This document shows positions 8,335 to 16,932 of a DNA stretch of 64,000 nucleotides, one piece after another. The stretch comes from Longimicrobiales bacterium. GTDB lineage: Bacteria > Gemmatimonadota > Gemmatimonadetes > Longimicrobiales > Gaopeijiaceae. The stretch is taken from positions 384,001 through 448,000 of the forward strand of contig OZ252251.1 in assembly GCA_965249725.1 (NCBI GenBank), given 5' to 3'. The notes beneath the pieces are model-generated. The model saw only the letters and a program-made list of their open reading frames with translations. It made no database searches and was not told the origin of the DNA. The stretch's first letter is position 1. Each line of letters starts with the position of its first letter. The position numbers and the translations under genes are program-made.

Positions 8335-9954
8335 ATGCCGGAAATTCTGGCCTACATCACGTTGGTTGTCACGGCAGGGGTGCTCGCCCTGCTTGTGCCT
8401 TTTGCGCTGCACCGGACCTACCTGCTTTGGCTCTCCCGACGGAAGCGATCTGCCATTCGGGATCCCTGGCCCGAGTCCGAGCTCCCGCGAGTCACGATCC
8501 AGTTGCCGGTCTACAACGAGCTTCATGTCATTCGACGTCTCGTGGATGCAGCGTGCGCTCAGGATTATCCCCGTCATCTTTTCGATGTGCAGATCCTGGA
8601 CGACTCGACCGACGAAACGGCAGACGTCGCGGGGACTGTGGCCGACGAGTGGCGGGCCCGGGGGGTTGGGGTGGACCATGTGCGCCGCGCCACTCGGGGC
8701 GGGTACAAGGCCGGCGCCTTGGCTCGTGGGACGCACCGATCACAGGCCGACTTCCTGCTCGTCCTGGATGCCGACTTCGTTGCGCCCCCTGATCTGATCC
8801 GGAGCCTGCTACCCCCGTTTCGCGACCACGCGGTCGGCATGGTGCAGGCCCGCTGGGACCATTTGAACGCGGACGAGAGCTGGCTTACTAGGGGTCAGAG
8901 TCTATTCCTCGACGGGCACTTCTTCTTCGAGCAGGGCGGCCGGTACAAGAGCAGACGTTTCTTCAACTTCAACGGCACGGCGGGCATGTGGCGGCGTACC
9001 TGCATTCTCGACTCGGGGGGCTGGCTGGCCGATACGCTGACCGAAGATCTCGATCTCAGCTATCGCGCACAGATGAAGGGGTGGGACTTCGTCTTTCTGG
9101 AGGATGTCGGTGTGCCTGCGGAAATCCCGTCGACGGTGGGGGCGCTCGAGGTCCAGCAGAGGCGCTGGGCTCAGGGAGGGATCCAGACCGCGAAAAAGGT
9201 CCTACCGGAGCTGCTACGAGGACCGTGGCCCCTGGGCGTGAAGGTGGAGGCGACGGTGCACCTGTGTGGCCACCTCGCTCATCCACTGACGCTCATGCTG
9301 GGTTTGCTGCTTCTGCCCTCGCAGATCGCTCGGCGCACACTCGGCGTCGAACACTATTTGCTCCCGGATCTATTGGTCTTCACGGCGGCCACGCTGCCGT
9401 TCCTCGTGTTCTACGCCCAGGCAGCCCACCGGAGGGGTCGAGATCGAGGCTGGAGCCTCCGCGCCGTCCCCCAGGCATTGGCGCTCGGCATCGGATTGAC
9501 CGTGGCGGTGACGGGGTCCGTGATCCGAGGGGTCGTTCACCGGGGTGACGATGCTTTCGTCCGAACCCCGAAGAAGGGAGAAGCCACCCTCACGTCGTAT
9601 CGGACGCCCGTGGCCATGCGTGACCTCGTCCTGAAGTTGGCCGTTGGTGCGGTGATGGTCGGATACCTGTTGGGCGCCCTCGTATCAGGCTTCTACGGGT
9701 CCCTACCGTTCATCGTGCTCTTCGGGGCAGGCTACCTGGGTCTGGGGCTGCGTGGACTGGGCGACCTAGGCCTCGAGCGTCCGTCCTGGGAGCTTGAACG
9801 CGTCATAGGCGAGCAACCCGAACACCGGCACCCAGAGCAACACGCGGGCCCACACGGGCTGAGGCCAGACTCCCTGGGTGTGATACGTCTCGAGGCCCCA
9901 GTAGCCGAGGAATGCCAGCCCGCTCAGGAGGATCCAGCCTCGGCTCCGGCGTAG
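8335..9954 (+). CDS. Cellulose synthase-like GT2 glycosyltransferase (membrane-bound)
   Basis: QLPVYNE, QILDDSTD, YKAGAL, LDADF, FNGTAGMWR, TLTEDLDLSYRAQ, QQRRWAQG (QxxRW), followed by TM helices and FVRTPK. Confidence 0.93.
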   Translation: MPEILAYITLVVTAGVLALLVPFALHRTYLLWLSRRKRSAIRDPWPESELPRVTIQLPVYNELHVIRRLVDAACAQDYPRHLFDVQILDDSTDETADVAGTVADEWRARGVGVDHVRRATRGGYKAGALARGTHRSQADFLLVLDADFVAPPDLIRSLLPPFRDHAVGMVQARWDHLNADESWLTRGQSLFLDGHFFFEQGGRYKSRRFFNFNGTAGMWRRTCILDSGGWLADTLTEDLDLSYRAQMKGWDFVFLEDVGVPAEIPSTVGALEVQQRRWAQGGIQTAKKVLPELLRGPWPLGVKVEATVHLCGHLAHPLTLMLGLLLLPSQIARRTLGVEHYLLPDLLVFTAATLPFLVFYAQAAHRRGRDRGWSLRAVPQALALGIGLTVAVTGSVIRGVVHRGDDAFVRTPKKGEATLTSYRTPVAMRDLVLKLAVGAVMVGYLLGALVSGFYGSLPFIVLFGAGYLGLGLRGLGDLGLERPSWELERVIGEQPEHRHPEQHAGPHGLRPDSLGVIRLEAPVAEECQPAQEDPASAPA

Positions 9955-11079
9955 GGCCGCGAAAGGCAGCGCCCAGAGCACGTACCAGGGATGGATCGTG
10001 TGAGAGAGCAGCAGGCCGGTCCCCAGAATCCAGAAGAGTGCCTTCTCGGCGTCGTATGACTTCCAGGTGGTCCAGCCGATGACCGCCAGGACGATCAGCC
10101 CCGCCGCCACTCGCGGCGCACGAGGGCCCGGGATGATCCACTCGACGACCGCGAACGCGCCTTCCTGGAATCGCCAGTGCTCCGCAAAGGTAGACAGGCC
10201 ACCCCACAGCATCGTCCCAGCCGACGCATACGGCAGGTAGAAAACCACGATGGCGACACCGAAGGCCAACACTGCCCTCCATCCATACCGCCTCCACAGT
10301 GGAGGCAGTGCGGCCGCCGGGGCGAACTTGGCCAGGGTCGCGAGGCCCAGCGCGAGGCCCATGCGTATGGGATGGGTACCCAGATAGAGGAGAAGCGCGA
10401 TGAACACGAGCCCCAGCGTCTCAAGGTGACCGTTCCAGGCTGTCTCGATGAGAAGTAGCGGTGACCACAGGTAGAGAATCAACACTCCGCGCGGGTCACG
10501 GCCGGATCGGCTCGCAACCTTGCCGAGGAGCCAGCCCGTCACGAGATCCAGACCCACCCACACGATCTTGAGCCCCAGGATGGTTCCGCCGAGCAGCGCG
10601 TTGAGCAGGAAGACGATCTGGGCCAGGGGCGGGTAGATCGTGGACACCGAGGGGTTGTTGATCGATCCGTGCCAGGGCGTCCGAAGCGCTTCGAGTGCCG
10701 GGTCACCCGGCGCGTGCAGGTAGGGGTTCACTCCCTGCAGCTGGACATGTCCGTCCCAGAGGTATCGGTAGAAGTCGTCGGTGAGTTCCGGGGCGACGGG
10801 TAGCAGGGCCAGGCGCATGGCTACGGCCCATCCCCAGATGATGACGAGGTGCGTGCGGTGGGAGCCAGGCGCATTCTCGGCCTGTCGTCCGGCCGCAGAA
10901 GCCGCGAACGCGTAAACCAAGAACGCGCCCGCGACGAGTCCGAGCCCGGGGGACGGAAACCCGCGACCGGGCCACCACGCGGCAGTCGCGAGCAAGACCA
11001 ACTCGACGGCGCCCATCGCCGCGAGGAAACGGCCCCCACCCGTGAGGGGTTCCTCTTCCGCAGGCGTTAGCTTCACCAT
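9766..11079 (-). CDS. GT-C polytopic glycosyltransferase (DUF2029/GT87-like mannosyltransferase)
   Basis: TDDFYRYLWDG, NPYLHAP, TIYPPLAQ, YLWSPLLLIETAWNGHLE, IHPWY, and many TM segments. Confidence 0.85.
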   Translation of the reverse strand: MVKLTPAEEEPLTGGGRFLAAMGAVELVLLATAAWWPGRGFPSPGLGLVAGAFLVYAFAASAAGRQAENAPGSHRTHLVIIWGWAVAMRLALLPVAPELTDDFYRYLWDGHVQLQGVNPYLHAPGDPALEALRTPWHGSINNPSVSTIYPPLAQIVFLLNALLGGTILGLKIVWVGLDLVTGWLLGKVASRSGRDPRGVLILYLWSPLLLIETAWNGHLETLGLVFIALLLYLGTHPIRMGLALGLATLAKFAPAAALPPLWRRYGWRAVLAFGVAIVVFYLPYASAGTMLWGGLSTFAEHWRFQEGAFAVVEWIIPGPRAPRVAAGLIVLAVIGWTTWKSYDAEKALFWILGTGLLLSHTIHPWYVLWALPFAALRRSRGWILLSGLAFLGYWGLETYHTQGVWPQPVWARVLLWVPVFGLLAYDAFKLPGRTLEA

Positions 11080-11173
11080 CGGCGCCTCACCATCGGCGCC
11101 TCACCATCGACGCCTCACCATCGACGCTTCCTTCACCACCGACGCCTCACCATCGACGCTTCCTTCACCACCG
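11073..11173. repeat. Tandem repeat of 14/18-bp units TCACCAYCGRCGC(C|TTCCT), about 6.5 copies
   Basis: Units start at 11073, 11087, 11101, 11115, 11133, 11147 and 11165, filling the divergent intergenic region. Confidence 0.93.
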
Positions 11174-11186
11174 TTCCCTGTCTGCC

Positions 11187-11906
11187 GTGACCAAGTCCGT
11201 AGCCGTGCTGATTCCCGCCCTCGACGAGGAGGAGACCCTTCCGGGTCTTCTCGCCAATCTGCGGAGTCGATCTCTGGGTCCGGTCGTGGTGGTCGACAAC
11301 GGCTCCCGGGACCGCACTCCCGACGTCGCCGTCGAAGGAGGGGCATACCTGGTCACGGAGACCGAGCGGGGTTACGGGGCCGCGTGTCTGGCGGGGATCG
11401 AGTTCTTGCGGTCCATGCCCAGCCCGCCCGCCGTTCTGGTCTTCCTCGACGCGGATCACGACGAGGGTCCGGAGCAGATCGAGATGCTTACGCGCCCCAT
11501 CCTCGACGGCGAGGCCGATCTCACGCTCGGAGTCAGGCAGCGCGGGATCGGCAAGGTCGGCACTCTCTTTCCACATGCACGTCTCGGAAACCGCCTGATC
11601 ACTTCGATGATCCGCCTCCTCTATGGCCGGAGCTTCCGCGACCTGCCCCCATTCAGGGCCGTCGACTTCCGCAAGCTGATCGAGTTGGAAATGGACGATC
11701 GCAACTGGGGTTGGACGCTCCAGATGCAAATCCGGGCGGTTCGACATGCGTTCCGCATCCTCGAGATCGAGGTCGCCCATGGCGCTCGTTCCGCAGGGGA
11801 ATCCAAGATCTCAGGATCGGTCATGGGCACGGTGCGCGCCGGGAGCAAGATGCTCCTCACTATGGTGACGGAGCGTTTGAGGCGTCACCACCGCCGTCGC
11901 CGCTAA
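11187..11906 (+). CDS. GT2 glycosyltransferase, polyprenol-phosphate sugar synthase (DPM1-like)
   Basis: VLIPALDEE, VVVDNGSRD, RGYGAACLAG, FLDADH, GWTLQMQ, GESKISG. Confidence 0.9.
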   Translation: MTKSVAVLIPALDEEETLPGLLANLRSRSLGPVVVVDNGSRDRTPDVAVEGGAYLVTETERGYGAACLAGIEFLRSMPSPPAVLVFLDADHDEGPEQIEMLTRPILDGEADLTLGVRQRGIGKVGTLFPHARLGNRLITSMIRLLYGRSFRDLPPFRAVDFRKLIELEMDDRNWGWTLQMQIRAVRHAFRILEIEVAHGARSAGESKISGSVMGTVRAGSKMLLTMVTERLRRHHRRRR

Positions 11907-12771
11907 CGTCGCCGTTGACGTCGCCGTTGACGTCGCCGGGGACCTCGCCCCTGAGAAAGCTCTCGACGATCTCCAAGGATTCCCGGTGCAGCTCCTCGGG
12001 GGGCAAGTGGCCACAGTCTTCCAGAACCTGCAGCCTGGCGTTGGGCAGCGCCGTCAGGAGCTTCTCGCCGACGGACAGCGGGACCACCCGGTCATGGCGT
12101 CCCCAAAGGAGCAGCGTCGGGACGTCGATTTCAGGGTATCGAGCGGTCAACGTGTCGAGGTCCAGCGGGACGATGGCCAGCGCCGTCTTGATGAGCGCCG
12201 ACCGGTGGGGCGCGCTCCGGAGCGGTTCGGCGTAGCCCTCCACCTGTGCTCCGCTGATGGCCGACGGGTCGTGGACGATGGACCGGAGGACCCATCTGAT
12301 AAGGCGCCGCTTCGGTACCAGAGTGAAGACAAGCCGGGTCAGCAGACCCTGCCGTGCCAGCTTCACGAAGGGAGGCAGCCGTTGGGCATATGCGGCCCCG
12401 GACACGAGGACCAGTCTCCGGAGTCGGCCATCCTCCAACAGGCGAAGGGCCACGAGCAACGCGATCCCTCCACCCATCGAGTGTCCGAACAGGGTCAGAT
12501 CGCGGAGGTCTTTCTGGATGATGAAGCGGTAGACCAGTTCGGCGTGGTCGTACGGAGAGTAGCGATCGTCATCCGGCGCCGGCGCCGAACCGTGCCCCTT
12601 CAGGTCCACGGACCACACCTCGTGGTGCTCCGCCAGGGCCGGGACCCAGTACCGCCACGAGAAGGAGTTTCCTCCGAATCCGTGAAGGAGCACGAGGGGA
12701 CCGCCGCCCTGCCCGGAGCACTCCGCGTGGAGGGGAAGGGCGTACTCCTCCTGCGGAGGCCACCTCGTCAC
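11860..12771 (-). CDS. Alpha/beta hydrolase
   Basis: LLHGFGG, DLKGHG, GHSMGG nucleophile elbow, WGRHDRVVP, CGHLPPEE. The C-terminal tail has a GDVN repeat (12 bp, about 11894-11949). Confidence 0.92.
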   Translation of the reverse strand: MTRWPPQEEYALPLHAECSGQGGGPLVLLHGFGGNSFSWRYWVPALAEHHEVWSVDLKGHGSAPAPDDDRYSPYDHAELVYRFIIQKDLRDLTLFGHSMGGGIALLVALRLLEDGRLRRLVLVSGAAYAQRLPPFVKLARQGLLTRLVFTLVPKRRLIRWVLRSIVHDPSAISGAQVEGYAEPLRSAPHRSALIKTALAIVPLDLDTLTARYPEIDVPTLLLWGRHDRVVPLSVGEKLLTALPNARLQVLEDCGHLPPEELHRESLEIVESFLRGEVPGDVNGDVNGDVSGDGGGDASNAPSP

Positions 12772-15470
12772 GGCAGGTCGATTCTCTGGGCACCGTGCGC
12801 CGCCAACTCGTCGGCCCAGGGGGCGTGGCAGGTCATAACGAACACCTGACGGGTCTCCGAAAGCTCGCGCAGGAGCTCGAATCCCCTGTTGCGACGAGGT
12901 GAGTCCCAGTTCACGAACGCCTCGTCCACGAAGACGGGCAGGCGCTCCTTGCCCTCGTCCAGATGATCCGTCACCGCCAAGCGGATCGCTGTGTAGAGCT
13001 GCTCGCGACCTCCGGTGGACAGCTTCGCCGCCTCCACCGGCCCGGCCGACTCGGGTCCGCGCACATGGAAATCACCACCCTCGCCGACCGTGATACGGTC
13101 GTAGCGACCGCCCGTGATCGTGTTCAGGAAGTCAGAGGCCCTTCGCACCACATCGGGCTGGTGCTCTTCGCGAAAACGGCGGTCGGCCTCTCGGATCAGG
13201 TGGGCCAACAGAAGCTTGCGGTCGTGCTCCATCTCGAGATTGGCGAGGTCGGCCTCGAGCGCTTGGATCTCCCCGTCGATCTGATCGGCCGTCGTCTGCT
13301 CCCCGGCCCGGGCACATACGCTCTCGAGTGCCTTCATCCGCCCCGTCAGCTCCTCGACCTGGTCGGACTGCTCCTCGAGGGCGAGCCGGGCGGCTGCCAA
13401 CTCGTCGTCTCCCATGCCGCGTCCATCGGGGCCCTCGAGCTGGTCGAAACGAGCGGTCAGTTCATCCAGGTCGGGATGGGAACGGGTCAGGTCCTCGCGG
13501 ATCTGTTCGGCGCGTTCACGGGCGCGTTGTCTCCGAGCGGCCGTCTCCAAGCCCGCTGATATGTCCTCGCCACCGAGCGTCCGGACTGCGTCTTCCAGGC
13601 GGTCGAGTTCCTGAGTGTGCCCGTCGAGTTCCTGCCGTAGCTCCTGCTGGCTGCGGTCCAGGCTCTCCAACTCTCGACGGGCCGACGTGGACGCCTCCTC
13701 GGCTCGCTCTGCCTCGCGCAGCCTGGATTGCAGCACATGAACCGCCGCCGAATCGTCCGACGGGAGATCGATCTCCAGGTCGCCTCCGATGGTAGCCAGG
13801 CACCCCTCCGCGTCGGTGAAGGCACCTCTGAGTTCCACGGTCTCGACAGTCCGAGCGTCCAGGTCGTCGAGCAGTTCCTGGATTCGCACGACGACCGGAC
13901 CCAATTCCGCCCCGGCCTCCTGGAGGTAGTCGTCCCGGATCGGCAGGTCGCCAAGGACCCCGCGCAGCTGCGCGAGAGTCGATGCCACGGTTTCGGAACC
14001 GTCGGCGTCGCTTTCGGGCGGGCCGAGACCACCACCGGGAGGGGACCCGGCAGGACCAGAGCCCGAGGCCCGGCCGTAGGCCTCGCGCATGGTCCACCAG
14101 CGCGCGAGGAGCGCTACGGATGCCACCGCCAGGCTCGCACCGACCACCCGCTGCCAGGTCGCATCGCCGCCCAAGAGCCAAAGGACCGCGGCCCCCAGCC
14201 CCGACGATATGCCGCCCAGGAGCGAGCGGGGGGACGGTGCAGGGGCCTCTACGTGGAGTGTCGAGCGCAGAGCCCGCTCACGCTCACGGTCCCTGGCTCT
14301 AGCTGCATCCCTCACGCGCTCCCTCAGCTGCTGCGGCACGATTCGCCTCAGGGCGCTCTCCTCGGCCTCGCTGAGAGTCTGCGTGAAGATCTCGTTCAGG
14401 GCCGCATCGGCATGGCGCCGACGATCCTTGATCTCCCGTTCGAGCGATCCGAGGCGGGTGCGGGCGGGTTTCAGACCGGCCACCTGTGCTACTACGTCCT
14501 CGATCGTGGCCCGAGCCTCGAGGAGGCGTGCGTCGGCCGCTCCGAGAGAGCCAGCACGCATATGGGGGCCCGCAGCCTCCTCGCACGAGCGAGCGAGTCG
14601 CTTCTGGAGCTTGGCCACCTCGGAGACGAGCCGCTCGTGCGTGCCGACGGGATCGGAAGGAACGGCGTCCAGCTCTCGGGCCGGGCCCGCCTCTTGGTCG
14701 AGCTCAGCGGCCCGATCGAGCAGCTTCCTGGCCGGAAGGAGCGTGGTCGTGCGCTCGATGAGGAGCCGCTGTTGCTCGCGGACGAGCTTTCTGTCCTTCA
14801 GCTCCTGCCGGACCCGCTCCAGGTCGTTCATCGAGCCTCTGAGCTGGCGATCGGTGTCCAGCGCCTCACGCCGTCGGGCCCCCGCGCCGTGGATGCGCCC
14901 CCTCAACTCACGGATCTCCTGTTTGCCCCGACGGTCGGGCCGCCACAGGCCGCGGGCCTCGAGCTCGAGCACTTCCGCCGCCGATCGTGCCGGCACGAGA
15001 TCGCGCGCTCCCATCGCCCCGATGAGCCGGTCCTGAATATCCGACCAGGCCTCGGACTCGAGTGTGGAGACCTCGGCGTGGGTCAAGGCGAATACCTGAT
15101 GGAAGACCGGGCCGGCGACGTGGGTCGCGCAGGACAGCGTCTCATTGCGCAGCGGCCCTTCGTGGTCGCTCCGGCTTATCTGGCCTGTCGGAGACGCCAG
15201 AAGCCGCCGGCGGACACTCCATAGTTCGTCGTCGTCCAAGCGGAGGTCGGCTTCGATGTCGAGGTCATGCCCGCTCCATGGCTCATACGGATGCAGATCT
15301 CGAGAGCTCGGATAGAGCCCGTAGATGATCGAGATCAGCAGGTGGAAGAAGGTCGTCTTGCCCGATTCGTTGGGCCCGACGACCACCACCAGCCCCGGGA
15401 GTGGCTCTTCTCCCGAGTCGAAGCCCTCCAGGGTGCCGAAAGCCGAGGCGCGGATCCGCTCGAACTTCAT
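12768..15470 (-). CDS. YhaN-like SMC/Rad50-type ATPase (AAA_27) with coiled coil and central hydrophobic hairpin
   Basis: Walker A GPNESGKTT, signature LSTGGREQLYTAIRLA, Walker B FVDEAFVNWD, and QVFVMTCH. Confidence 0.9.
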   Translation of the reverse strand: MKFERIRASAFGTLEGFDSGEEPLPGLVVVVGPNESGKTTFFHLLISIIYGLYPSSRDLHPYEPWSGHDLDIEADLRLDDDELWSVRRRLLASPTGQISRSDHEGPLRNETLSCATHVAGPVFHQVFALTHAEVSTLESEAWSDIQDRLIGAMGARDLVPARSAAEVLELEARGLWRPDRRGKQEIRELRGRIHGAGARRREALDTDRQLRGSMNDLERVRQELKDRKLVREQQRLLIERTTTLLPARKLLDRAAELDQEAGPARELDAVPSDPVGTHERLVSEVAKLQKRLARSCEEAAGPHMRAGSLGAADARLLEARATIEDVVAQVAGLKPARTRLGSLEREIKDRRRHADAALNEIFTQTLSEAEESALRRIVPQQLRERVRDAARARDRERERALRSTLHVEAPAPSPRSLLGGISSGLGAAVLWLLGGDATWQRVVGASLAVASVALLARWWTMREAYGRASGSGPAGSPPGGGLGPPESDADGSETVASTLAQLRGVLGDLPIRDDYLQEAGAELGPVVVRIQELLDDLDARTVETVELRGAFTDAEGCLATIGGDLEIDLPSDDSAAVHVLQSRLREAERAEEASTSARRELESLDRSQQELRQELDGHTQELDRLEDAVRTLGGEDISAGLETAARRQRARERAEQIREDLTRSHPDLDELTARFDQLEGPDGRGMGDDELAAARLALEEQSDQVEELTGRMKALESVCARAGEQTTADQIDGEIQALEADLANLEMEHDRKLLLAHLIREADRRFREEHQPDVVRRASDFLNTITGGRYDRITVGEGGDFHVRGPESAGPVEAAKLSTGGREQLYTAIRLAVTDHLDEGKERLPVFVDEAFVNWDSPRRNRGFELLRELSETRQVFVMTCHAPWADELAAHGAQRIDLP

Positions 15471-16708
15471 CGTTGCTCGACGACCGTCTTGAGCATGCGC
15501 GACAGGAGCTCTTCTTCGGCTGCATCCAGGAGGGTCGAGACATACGAATCGAGCGCACCGTCGCCCTCGAGGCCGATGAGCAGATCCGCCGACAGACCGT
15601 CGACGGCGGTCTCACCCGACCGAACCGACGACACCAGTCGAAGCACCTGACCCAGCACGTCCTCGCGAGCTGCGTGTTCCTCCACCTGGATCTCCGGATG
15701 CACGCTCCCGACCTGAAGGGTCGCGTCGAGCAATCCGAGACGATGAATCAACTCCTCCCGCAGGTGCTCCTGATCTTCTTCGCGTGACAGCTCCCTCCAG
15801 AGCGGCGTGGCTCCCGAGATGCGGATGCGCGCTATCCATCCCGAGACCCCGGTGCCATCCGCCGTTTCGTCCCATCGCGAGGCGACGGTGCGGACGAGGG
15901 CGTCGAGCGTACCGGCGTCCGTGGGATTCCGTACTTCCACGTCCTCCCATCGAATGGGAGCCAACTCCCTGAATTCCACGCTGGGGGGCGCACCCGGCGA
16001 TAGCTCCACCAGCAGGCAGCCCTTTGCCCCACGTTCGCCGTGAGTCCGTCCTTGGAGATTCCCGGGGTAGTGGATGCCGGGGTGTTCGCACAGGCAGGAA
16101 CGCTTGTGCACGTGACCCAGCGCCCAGTAGTCGTAGCCGGCGTTCTTCAGGGCTTCGAGGTGTGAAGGGGCGTACTTCGCGTGGTCGGCCGCTCCGGGTG
16201 AGTCGACCACCTGGGTGTGCAGAACGGCCACCTCCGGGAGGCGTCCTTCCGGTCTGGGGAAGGCCGCCGACAGGTCCGCCGTCTCGGCGGCGCTTTCATG
16301 CCCCGCGGCCGTCACGATGCCGACGACTTGGCCCTCTCCGTCCTCGACGGGGATGCGGATGGGCCCGGGGCCTCGGACCACCGTCACGTTCTGGGGCCAC
16401 GCCAGATCCTGCGATCGCCGCCCCGCGTGGCCGGGATCGTGGTTGCCGGTGGCGTATACCACGGGCATGCCGGCCTGCTCGAGGCGATGGAGCTGCTCCA
16501 TCAGGAAGCGCTCCGTCTGAAACGACAGCCGCTCGTCGTCGAAGAGATCCCCCGCCAGGAGGACGGCGTCCACACCTTCGGCCAGCGCCAAATCGACGAG
16601 CCGCTGGAGCGCGATGCGCGACGCCTCGCGCAGGCGCTCCCGAACCGTGTTCGTGCGGCTCGAGAAAGCGGTGTCGAGGTGTATGTCGGCGGCGTGGATG
16701 AAGCGCAT
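15467..16708 (-). CDS. YhaO-like Mre11/SbcD metallophosphoesterase DNA repair exonuclease
   Basis: HAADIHLD, AGDLFD, GNHD, YWALGHVH, YPGNLQGR. ATGA-coupled to the ATPase gene. Confidence 0.92.
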   Translation of the reverse strand: MRFIHAADIHLDTAFSSRTNTVRERLREASRIALQRLVDLALAEGVDAVLLAGDLFDDERLSFQTERFLMEQLHRLEQAGMPVVYATGNHDPGHAGRRSQDLAWPQNVTVVRGPGPIRIPVEDGEGQVVGIVTAAGHESAAETADLSAAFPRPEGRLPEVAVLHTQVVDSPGAADHAKYAPSHLEALKNAGYDYWALGHVHKRSCLCEHPGIHYPGNLQGRTHGERGAKGCLLVELSPGAPPSVEFRELAPIRWEDVEVRNPTDAGTLDALVRTVASRWDETADGTGVSGWIARIRISGATPLWRELSREEDQEHLREELIHRLGLLDATLQVGSVHPEIQVEEHAAREDVLGQVLRLVSSVRSGETAVDGLSADLLIGLEGDGALDSYVSTLLDAAEEELLSRMLKTVVEQR

Positions 16709-16932
16709 CGGTTGCCTGGGATGGTCAACGAGTGGGCCGGCGCACGAAAGCTAGACGCAGCCGGTGGGCGAGGGCCAGGGCCGGCCGGGCAGCGTAGACG
16801 TCGAATGCCCGCGAACGTGCTTCTTGAAGGGACCCTCCACGGTTTCTATCTTTGACGATCTCTCGCGAGGACTCCACTCACGACCCCCGATCGTCGCGAT
16901 GCCAACGCGCACAGGCTCCGCCTGATCCACCC

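Noticed and set aside
8335..11906. Selenoneine or selenosugar biosynthesis linked to the neighbouring selenoprotein
   Set aside because: No SelD, SenA/EgtB or SenB-type gene is recognisable, and adjacency alone is insufficient.
12768..16708. Wadjet or Lamassu defence system
   Set aside because: No kleisin/KITE or recognisable effector subunits are present, and the motifs fit the YhaN/YhaO family.
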